DNA of 64,000 nucleotides from Escherichia phage REP8, in the sequence record OQ174507.1; one strand, 5' to 3'. The translations under genes were made by a program, and so were the position numbers. Of this stretch, positions 56,711 to 64,000 are shown piece after piece. Position 1 is the first letter of the stretch, and every line of letters starts with the position of its first letter. The notes beneath the pieces are model-generated. The model saw only the letters and a list, made by a program, of their open reading frames with translations. It was not told the DNA's origin and did no database searches.

Positions 56711-56775
56711 ACTAATCAACGGGGAGGTAATAGCCTCCCTACTAAGTAAAGTCCTTAAACTAGGAGATTCAAAAA

Positions 56776-57024
56776 ATGGCAACTATCCGCGCAACTGTCA
56801 ATGCTTATGGCTGTTATACTCTGGACGTTAAATTTGATATTGGTGGGACTGATGAATGTTTTTCCTTAGTGAAAACAGTTATCAAGCAAGTTATCCCAGA
56901 ATATAACCCTGCTGATGACTTCTGGAAAGATGCCGTAAAAGAGGCCATAAACGATGAGCACCACTATCATTACTGGGGTGATTTGATTGTCTCCCTGTAC
57001 TACAATAAACAAGGTTACAACTAA
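56776..57024 (+). CDS. hypothetical early protein
   Basis: ORF after cassette. Confidence 0.35.
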   Translation: MATIRATVNAYGCYTLDVKFDIGGTDECFSLVKTVIKQVIPEYNPADDFWKDAVKEAINDEHHYHYWGDLIVSLYYNKQGYN

Positions 57025-57063
57025 TCGACGCAGCGGGGATAAATAACCCCAGATACCCCTAAA

Positions 57064-57089
57064 AGCACCTATTTAAAGGTGCTTTTTTA
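57064..57089 (+). terminator. intrinsic terminator
   Basis: AGCACCT-loop-AGGTGCT followed by TTTTTT. Confidence 0.55.
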
Positions 57090-57099
57090 CGTCTATTGA

Positions 57100-58780
57100 A
57101 TCCTTATACAATCCCTTTCCCTCACCTTTCCAGAATCTATCCACTGATTCGATAGAACCTATCTCATACCTTAAAAAGCAATAACTCTATAGTCTACTCT
57201 ATAACCTTTTATCAAATCAACTTAAATAAAAGCCAATAACCCCAGAAAGGGGATGGCCTCTTATTGGTATTGTTACCAATCCCTAAAACGCTCTATAAAG
57301 CTCTATAACAGCCTTATCAACCTAACTTAAGGGATTGCATTAACCAACCTTAAAAAGCTCTTTACAAGGCTTTATAGAGGCTTAAAAGAATCTTATAAGG
57401 TTATAAGCTTTATTATCTCGTTAGCTATCTTGTGAACTACTAAAAGTGCTATGAGATAGGAATCTATGAGGGTAATTCATTACCTGAATCACTATCGAAT
57501 CCTATTGTTATTGTCTTAAAAGTATGTTATAGGGTGCTATAAAGTTACTTTGAAGTAGTTTAAAAGTTACGTAAATGCTAGCCACCTTAACATTTTCTTA
57601 ACAATTTCTTAACAATCCCTACATAGTTATGCTTTTAAGGCACTTGTTAGCAACTTGTTAGCACCTTGTTAAATCTCTGTTAAAACCACGTAAAAGCCTT
57701 GTAAGAACCTTTGACATAGCCTTTAAAGCACCTGTAAAGCACTATAAAGAGCTATCCATACAGTTGAGGGGTAAATACTAGGGAGAGCCTTAAAAGAGCC
57801 TATAAAGAGCTATAGAGAGCTTTTAAAAGGTATGTTTAAGAAATCACTAAGAGGGAAAGGGAACGATAAGAAAAGAGGTAGTGACCATGTTAATAGCTTG
57901 TTAAAAAGGTTAAACACTTGTTAGGAACTTGTTAATTATCTAACTGGTATTGTTACCAATCCCTAACAAAATAACCCTTAAAAATTAACCTGTTAGCTCT
58001 TGTTAGTCATCTATTAAGATTCTGTAAAGCCTATTCAGTACTTGTTAAAAGACTGTTACCCTCTTGTTAAAACTGTTAGAAATCTATTAAGACCCTTAAA
58101 GAGATGTTAAAAGGTTGTAAGAACTGTTGAGAGATTGTTAATGATATTTTAAAATTTTGCAAAGGGGATGTTAAGGAGCTGTTAAGGGCTACCAAGCAGA
58201 TATACATCCTCAACAGATATTTTTGAGTTCCTTCAAAGACCCTAAAAAAATGACTTGATAGTCCTATTTTATAAAAATTTTAAAATTCTGAATAATTACC
58301 TATACAGTCTTTCTAAAATACAGGTAGAAACAGGCTTATAAGATACCTTGTTAGTACCGTGTTAGACCTTGTGAGATAAGGTCTGTAAAGATATTCCTGT
58401 TAAGTTTGTTAAAACAGTCTATATAGAGGCTTAGTAATACCTAGTGAACACCTATAGAGGGTATCATAGCTGACATAGAGATTAAGAGGTGTATAGGAGC
58501 TTCTAAGAGGGTATATAGGGATGGTTAAGGTGATTGTATAGGTTGTTAAGAAGACTTGTTAGAGGGCTTGTTAGAGGGCTTGTTAGAAGGATTATACAGA
58601 GGGGCTATTAAGACCACTAGGTAGTTACTAAGATACTATATAGTACTATATAACTATATAGAGAGTAAGATTAAAAAGGTTGTTAAGAAGGATAGATATT
58701 TTGTTCACATATGATGGTGACCCAGAGGTTGGGACAACCGATAAAATTTTATAAAAAATATAAATTTCGTAAATTTTACT
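57100..58780. repeat. ORF-free AT-rich repeat-dense region (candidate origin, packaging or regulatory region)
   Basis: No ORF >=60 aa in any frame; many TTGTTA(A/G) motifs; 13-bp tandem repeat x3 at 58555-58590; identical 22-bp repeat at 57265-57286 and 57945-57966. Confidence 0.5.
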
Positions 58781-58783
58781 CAA

Positions 58784-58808
58784 TAAAAAGCCCCCAATTA
58801 AGGAGGCT
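58784..58808 (-). terminator. intrinsic terminator
   Basis: Minus strand GCCTCC-loop-GGGGGC hairpin followed by TTTTT. Confidence 0.45.
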
Positions 58809-58819
58809 CTTAAGATATT

Positions 58820-59413
58820 TTAAATCAGTGTTTCCAGAACTGTCTTCAGTGATGATTTGGTTGTCTGATAAAAATGAGTAAAGCCATTGTTGTTATCAAA
58901 TACCTGCATCATGATATCATCTCCCTTGATTGGGTACACTCGGATATCATAGTGAAAACCATTAAAGACACAAGAGCCACTACAGAATGCACTAAAGTCA
59001 TTAACTGAGATATACTCTTCATGACCTGTGATTTTTATACAAACACCTTTACTCGGTCTCTTAGGGTTGATATCTTCCATCACAGACATACTCTGTCCAC
59101 CAAGAGATACCATAGCGACCACTTTACGGTTCTTCTGTTTAAAGTACATTTTAACTTTCTGTAAAGTGTCTTCATAGAACGGATAAGACTTCTCTACAAA
59201 GATTCCTTCAAGTGGCTCTTTACCATTTTCAACTTCTCTGTTATGCCGTACTGCAAAGATAATTTGTTCAAACCAGTCAAGATTTTCTTCGGAGAGTGCT
59301 TCCCGAATATCATTCCAGTCAAGGACTAGGTAGTTGCCTTCAACTTCTTTTAAGTTATCTTTTTCCATAGCTATCACACCATTATCGTAAAACTTGGTAG
59401 GCTGGTACTGCAA
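58820..59413 (-). CDS. hypothetical protein
   Basis: ORF only. Confidence 0.3.
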   Translation of the reverse strand: MQYQPTKFYDNGVIAMEKDNLKEVEGNYLVLDWNDIREALSEENLDWFEQIIFAVRHNREVENGKEPLEGIFVEKSYPFYEDTLQKVKMYFKQKNRKVVAMVSLGGQSMSVMEDINPKRPSKGVCIKITGHEEYISVNDFSAFCSGSCVFNGFHYDIRVYPIKGDDIMMQVFDNNNGFTHFYQTTKSSLKTVLETLI

Positions 59414-59846
59414 ACTTGTTGCTATTGTTCCTAATAAGGTCTTCTTCTGTTACTAAGAATGTAATCCCACATAAGTGTGTATAGTGGCTGTCATACTCAA
59501 ATATTTTAAGTAAGTATTTACCATCATGGTAGACAGATTCTACTACACCTTTTGCAACAATCTTTCCAGTCTTGAAGTCTTTAATAGGGTATGTATTACC
59601 AACTTTAGGGACTGTTTTCACTTCAGGTTCTTTTAGCTTCTCACCAGCTTCTACATCACCTAGCAAGTGAGAACTTTCAAACGCTACATATTGCATATAA
59701 GCTTCTGAACATTCCCAGATAAAACAATGTACAAGAGCCTTAGCAGCATGTCTTGAGCAGTTCAACTTATCACAAATTTCTGTGTACATCTCATCTTTAG
59801 TAGAATTGTCAAGCATTGCTCTTTGCACTACTTCTTTAACTTTCAT
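59382..59846 (-). CDS. hypothetical protein
   Basis: ORF only. Confidence 0.3.
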   Translation of the reverse strand: MKVKEVVQRAMLDNSTKDEMYTEICDKLNCSRHAAKALVHCFIWECSEAYMQYVAFESSHLLGDVEAGEKLKEPEVKTVPKVGNTYPIKDFKTGKIVAKGVVESVYHDGKYLLKIFEYDSHYTHLCGITFLVTEEDLIRNNSNKFAVPAYQVLR

Positions 59847-60264
59847 AAGCTCTCCGAATAACCCTATTAAGCATCTCTAAAGTCAACTTTCCAGATTCTA
59901 AATGTGGCATAACAAGCTTTAAAGCTTTTTCAACATCATGCACAACATCTATTATACCTTCTTCATAGGCTTCTACAAGGATATCTTTTACGTTTTGTGG
60001 ATTACCTTTTTGTGGTATCACTAGACGCATATCAAACTCATTTGCTTGAGGATGGTTCTTACCACGCCAGAAACCGTCCTTATCAAAGCTTATAAAGTTA
60101 TCCTCATTAAAATTAATACCACAAACCTCAAATTTGTCTAGCACTATGCAGTTAAGAGGATAAAAATCACTCATATCACTAATTCCAAGAAACTTAACAG
60201 TGGTTATATACTTCTGTGTCTTTGCATCTACAATGTCAAGCTCTTTACCTACATGCTCTTTCAT
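59836..60264 (-). CDS. hypothetical protein
   Basis: ORF only. Confidence 0.3.
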   Translation of the reverse strand: MKEHVGKELDIVDAKTQKYITTVKFLGISDMSDFYPLNCIVLDKFEVCGINFNEDNFISFDKDGFWRGKNHPQANEFDMRLVIPQKGNPQNVKDILVEAYEEGIIDVVHDVEKALKLVMPHLESGKLTLEMLNRVIRRAYES

Positions 60265-60318
60265 TTCGCTACCTTCTAAGTTTCTACAAAGGGGCTATCA
60301 AGTAACCCCCTCAAGTTA

Positions 60319-60543
60319 CTACTCAGACTTTTCAGTCTTCTTATCGGATTTCTTACTAGTCTTCTTCTCAGCTTTCTGCTCAGGTTCCTTCTCAGAAGTT
60401 GCCTTGATAACCATATCAAGAAGCTCTGATAAATCACTCTTCAGCAGAGTAACAGGCTGCTCGTTGTAGAAGTTTTTGTCAAGATAAACTTTGAACTCTT
60501 CAATAGAAGGAAATCCAAAAATTGGTACAGGTGTCTTAATCAT
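60319..60543 (-). CDS. hypothetical protein with Lys-rich C-terminus
   Basis: ORF only. Confidence 0.25.
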   Translation of the reverse strand: MIKTPVPIFGFPSIEEFKVYLDKNFYNEQPVTLLKSDLSELLDMVIKATSEKEPEQKAEKKTSKKSDKKTEKSE

Positions 60544-60619
60544 TACTTAGTCTCTCCATAGGCATCTTTTAAGATTGCCTTGTTAATCATTTCAGCGATT
60601 GCAAAACGAACACATACAG

Positions 60620-61123
60620 CTATAATTGTAGGTTGCATTCTTTACTTACCTCTTCAAGTTTAACCTCAGAGTCCTTAAGTCGTTTCTTATGAACTCTGAA
60701 TCTTAGTAGTGAGATGATGATACCAGCTAAAGGAACAGCATACAAGTACCAAACATCATGTACCTTTGCAGTAATCTGTGTAATGGTCAAGTCTTGAGCT
60801 ATACAACTGATTGCTGATACTGCCAGTAACATTGCTAAGAAGAACGCCAGTACCATAACAATACTCAGGCAGCCTCTGGCATGGTGTTCATGCTTAATGC
60901 ACTTATTCTTTTCGTCAACAACCCTGTTGTAGTCATTTGTAAAGTCTCTGTAGAAGGCTTTCAAGTATTCTTGACTGTAGCCCTCAAAGCAACCTGTACC
61001 GTACCAATAATCACCACCAAAATGTGCTATGATACCAGTATCCCCATTTGGTTTGGTTACTCTTAGTGAAGTATGATGACCAGTCTTCTGATAGTCTATC
61101 TTGTATCTTTCTTCGTAAATCAT
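60620..61123 (-). CDS. membrane protein with two C-terminal TM helices
   Basis: Hydrophobic segments LSIVMVLAFFLAMLLAVSAI and YLYAVPLAGIIISLL followed by charged tail. Confidence 0.3.
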   Translation of the reverse strand: MIYEERYKIDYQKTGHHTSLRVTKPNGDTGIIAHFGGDYWYGTGCFEGYSQEYLKAFYRDFTNDYNRVVDEKNKCIKHEHHARGCLSIVMVLAFFLAMLLAVSAISCIAQDLTITQITAKVHDVWYLYAVPLAGIIISLLRFRVHKKRLKDSEVKLEEVSKECNLQL

Positions 61124-61338
61124 TTACCAACCCCTCTCAATCTTTTGTTCCACTCAAGGTCAACAAGTCTTTGCAGGACTTTCCCTCTAGGTGTTACACC
61201 TTTTAAATCTGCATCGTAGCAACGGTAGAAGTCACCTTCAGCGTGTTTACCATAGCATTTTCTGATATTTTGGCTCCTACGATACTGCTCTAACAGGGAC
61301 AGTTTGTAGTAGTCTTCAACTGTAGTTAGTTTTTTCAT
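61120..61338 (-). CDS. hypothetical protein
   Basis: ORF only. Confidence 0.25.
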   Translation of the reverse strand: MKKLTTVEDYYKLSLLEQYRRSQNIRKCYGKHAEGDFYRCYDADLKGVTPRGKVLQRLVDLEWNKRLRGVGK

Positions 61339-61421
61339 TCTTTTACCATGTCTCTTATCTAGAAACTAAAAAGGGAACTACCTCTCGATAGCTCCCATCA
61401 TAATCAGTGTTGTATACTCGG

Positions 61422-62003
61422 TCAAGAGTATTTTTTAGGCAGCAATGCACTGCGCTTGTTGCTCTCTTCACTCAACAGTGCAATGAAATCATCACTTTTA
61501 CCTTTCCACGGGCTGAATGAAGGTATGCGTTCACGGATAGCCTCAATCACTGTTTTAAGTGCTGTGTTCTTCATCCACCAATCAGAATCTGCTGATGCTA
61601 CCACGTAGTATCCACCGTCATCAGTTAGGATTGGCTCTGAAATACATGGTGAAATCAAAGTGGTGATGATTGAACCATTGTTCATGTAGTATGTACGCTT
61701 AATAACCTTTTCAAGAAGCTTGTGAAGGTCACCAAACAGTGTTACAAGTTCTTTGTGGTCAATGTCTTTTTCGAGATTTGCTCGATACTTCAAAAGTGCA
61801 GCATCAACTTCTCTGTCATTAAACTTGAAGTACTGGACTTCCTCAACAAGACAAACGCTGATGTTGTTAACATTCATAGTCAACTTACAAACTTTTGCAG
61901 GGGAATTGATACTTGGCTGAAAAAGTGCAATACACCCTTCAATGTTTCCAAAATGCTGTACCAGTGTTACTTGTGGAGTGATATTCTGTTGCTCTTCGGA
62001 CAT
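61422..62003 (-). CDS. hypothetical protein
   Basis: ORF only. Confidence 0.3.
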   Translation of the reverse strand: MSEEQQNITPQVTLVQHFGNIEGCIALFQPSINSPAKVCKLTMNVNNISVCLVEEVQYFKFNDREVDAALLKYRANLEKDIDHKELVTLFGDLHKLLEKVIKRTYYMNNGSIITTLISPCISEPILTDDGGYYVVASADSDWWMKNTALKTVIEAIRERIPSFSPWKGKSDDFIALLSEESNKRSALLPKKYS

Positions 62004-62347
62004 TACAGTTTCCTCATTAAATACTTTTTAAGTTGTGTGTTAGGTTTCTCAAAAACTTCTATAGAAGATATCTTGACAGATTCACCACGCATACCTGTAT
62101 GCTTGAATATATAGTACTCTAACATTCCTATATACTTTGCTGGTAAGTCATGTTTGACATACACCGTTACAGAGTCTTCAAATTCAACAACCTTTGTACC
62201 ATCTTTGTAATTAAACTCTTTAGGATGGTTGTAATTGTCGATGTCGTACATTAAAAAGAGTCTTTTCCGTTGCATGTCAAGCTTATTGGTTAAAGACTCT
62301 TTGATGTCTGAGAAGTTTTTGTACACTGTGACATGGAGCTTACTCAT
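62003..62347 (-). CDS. hypothetical protein
   Basis: ORF only. Confidence 0.3.
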   Translation of the reverse strand: MSKLHVTVYKNFSDIKESLTNKLDMQRKRLFLMYDIDNYNHPKEFNYKDGTKVVEFEDSVTVYVKHDLPAKYIGMLEYYIFKHTGMRGESVKISSIEVFEKPNTQLKKYLMRKL

Positions 62348-62633
62348 CGTTAAACTCTCTGACGAAGAAGTAGTTGACTTTATTATTACCTACCATAAGG
62401 TCAAAGCAGGTATTCTCAAAAGGTTTGTTGTAGGCATCATATGAAGTGTACGTATCAGCTACTTGTTTGGTGTTGAGCTTTTTACTTGATGGATTTAAGA
62501 GGCCACCATACAGTTTCTTGATAGCCTCTTCTACAACAGACCAGATGATTTCGTCAGTAATTTCTTCGTACAGGCCAAGTTCACGCTCTAGTGAGAAGTC
62601 ACAAATTGGGAAAATAACCTGTACTTTACTCAT
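62340..62633 (-). CDS. hypothetical protein
   Basis: ORF only. Confidence 0.3.
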   Translation of the reverse strand: MSKVQVIFPICDFSLERELGLYEEITDEIIWSVVEEAIKKLYGGLLNPSSKKLNTKQVADTYTSYDAYNKPFENTCFDLMVGNNKVNYFFVREFNDE

Positions 62634-63028
62634 TAACGAATAACCTGTGTTACCTGAATAGCTTCAGTTACTGACAAATCACCAACCGTTTCTTCTTTGA
62701 CGAAGGTGAAGGTCAGTTCAATAGGCTCTTGCTCTTCTTGCTCAACAGGAACACCATTAAGCTCATCAAAGATTGATTGAGTTGTCCAGTCTTCTCCACC
62801 ATCTGGGTAGTGGATGGCATAAAGAGGAAACTCTAAATTATACCAAGCAAAAACAGGGCAACCATCTACATCATCTCGGCATCTGTGGAGATATGTGTTT
62901 GTACCTTCAAAATGCAAATGTAGATTACCATTCTTCTCAAAGAGAATAGCATCTTGCAGGTCTAATTCCTCATTTTCGCTGTAACGGCTGACATCAACTT
63001 TAACGTGAATATGACTGTTATTATTCAT
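62633..63028 (-). CDS. hypothetical protein
   Basis: ORF only. Confidence 0.3.
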   Translation of the reverse strand: MNNNSHIHVKVDVSRYSENEELDLQDAILFEKNGNLHLHFEGTNTYLHRCRDDVDGCPVFAWYNLEFPLYAIHYPDGGEDWTTQSIFDELNGVPVEQEEQEPIELTFTFVKEETVGDLSVTEAIQVTQVIR

Positions 63029-63419
63029 AAAAACCTCTCTCTGCTTGTTCGATTTTCGCTTTTAGAACTTCACACCGTTCAATGTGATATCTGGCTTCAT
63101 TCTCATGTGTCGCCAAAGTTCTTTCAAGAATGGTTTTATAGTAACCTGCAAGCTGCTCTCTTGTCAATGGGTTCTCTGAAATAATATCGAGACCACTTTC
63201 ACCCAGAGTATTAAACTGCCCATGTTCATTTACATGATAAGTCTCAAACTTGAATAAACCGTTATTAGCAGTGTCAATAGGTGAGAGTTCAACCAACTCA
63301 ACGGTGAACATTGTATGCACCCTATCACCAACTGTAACAATGTTACTTCCAATGATGCGTACAAGCGAACCATTACGAGTGTACTTAAAAGTCCCAAAAT
63401 CACTAGCCCAAAGCTTCAT
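63021..63419 (-). CDS. hypothetical protein
   Basis: ORF only. Confidence 0.3.
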   Translation of the reverse strand: MKLWASDFGTFKYTRNGSLVRIIGSNIVTVGDRVHTMFTVELVELSPIDTANNGLFKFETYHVNEHGQFNTLGESGLDIISENPLTREQLAGYYKTILERTLATHENEARYHIERCEVLKAKIEQAERGFYE

Positions 63420-63433
63420 AGTTTTCTCCTTAG

Positions 63434-63460
63434 AAAATAAAAAAGGCTCCCGAAGGAGCC
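63434..63460 (-). terminator. intrinsic terminator
   Basis: Minus strand GGCTCC-TTCG-GGAGCC followed by TTTTTTATTTT. Confidence 0.6.
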
Positions 63461-63470
63461 TATGAAGATA

Positions 63471-63935
63471 TTACTTTGGATATACGCTGTCAAGATAAAT
63501 GTCAGCTTCCATTCTACGTCTGTTTTTCAGACCGTTTGAAGTGACCTTCTTACCTTTGACTGTAACCTTGTTCCACCACTGCATAGCTTCTGCACAACCT
63601 ACCTTATTACCAGCATTGTGGCGCTTGATAAATGTGGAATCCTGCATAGCTGTGATACCGATGTTGTATGTTTCACTTACAAGTGCATCGAACTCGTTCT
63701 GAGAAGTTGGAACCTTGATGGCTTTGTTCACTGCTGCAACGAACTTCTCAACATCTGCAAGAAGATACTGTTCAGCTTGTTCAGCAGTAATCTTCATACC
63801 CATCTTAACAGGTTTACCAGCAATACGGATTGTTCCATACCCAATTGTAGGGATTCCAGCAGAATCTTCGTAAGCCTCTAGCTTAAGACCTTCAAAGAAC
63901 TTAATAGCTTCTAAACCTTTTCTTGAGAGTTGCAT
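63471..63935 (-). CDS. endolysin, GH24 (T4 lysozyme-like)
   Basis: EGLKLEAYEDSAGIPTIGYG matches the T4 lysozyme catalytic region [21 protein letters not shown]; 154 aa. Confidence 0.7.
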   Translation of the reverse strand: MQLSRKGLEAIKFFEGLKLEAYEDSAGIPTIGYGTIRIAGKPVKMGMKITAEQAEQYLLADVEKFVAAVNKAIKVPTSQNEFDALVSETYNIGITAMQDSTFIKRHNAGNKVGCAEAMQWWNKVTVKGKKVTSNGLKNRRRMEADIYLDSVYPK

Positions 63936-64000
63936 TATGCCTCCCCTGCTGGGTTAACTGTAACTGTTGCTGCATTAGATGTTACAGAGCCACCTGCACC

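Noticed and set aside
57100-58780. Possible CRISPR array in the repeat-dense non-coding region
   Set aside because: Repeats are short (8-13 bp, one 22 bp), irregularly spaced and not separated by unique spacers of uniform length; no cas genes nearby.

Overview
This 64 kb window reads as a large segment of a virulent tailed phage genome (about 40% GC, no integrase or lysogeny genes seen), with gene content that most resembles Felix O1-like enterobacterial myoviruses; that family assignment is an inference from motifs I recognise by eye, not a database search. Layout: (1) 1-11.4 kb, plus strand: tail tape measure (5' partial), a Mu/P2-like baseplate block (gp25/GpW-like, baseplate J-like) and two tail-fibre genes with His-rich C-terminal repeats. 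(2) 11.4-21.9 kb, minus strand: thymidylate synthase, DHFR, small early ORFs, ATP-dependent DNA ligase, an HNH-AP2 homing endonuclease and a family A DNA polymerase whose gene is interrupted inside motif B by an ORF-less group I intron. (3) 22.1-51.5 kb, plus strand: dNMP kinase, T7 gp4-like primase-helicase, SSB, 5'-3' exonuclease, GIY-YIG-like nuclease, NrdA/NrdB/glutaredoxin, anaerobic NrdD (split by a second group I intron) and NrdG, a Prs-like plus NAMPT-like pair (candidate NAD+ reconstitution/salvage module), rIIA/rIIB-like genes, overlapped spanin candidates and a macro-domain protein. (4) 51.5-57.1 kb: about ten small genes, each preceded by a repeated sigma70-like promoter + 5' hairpin + Shine-Dalgarno cassette. 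(5) 57.1-58.8 kb: an ORF-free, AT-rich, repeat-dense region bounded by convergent terminators. (6) 58.8-64 kb, minus strand: small hypothetical genes and a GH24 lysozyme-type endolysin. The most notable items are the two group I introns, the NAD+ module plus macro-domain protein, the promoter-hairpin cassette array and the repeat-dense non-coding region. All functional calls rest on motifs visible in the translations; none was verified computationally.
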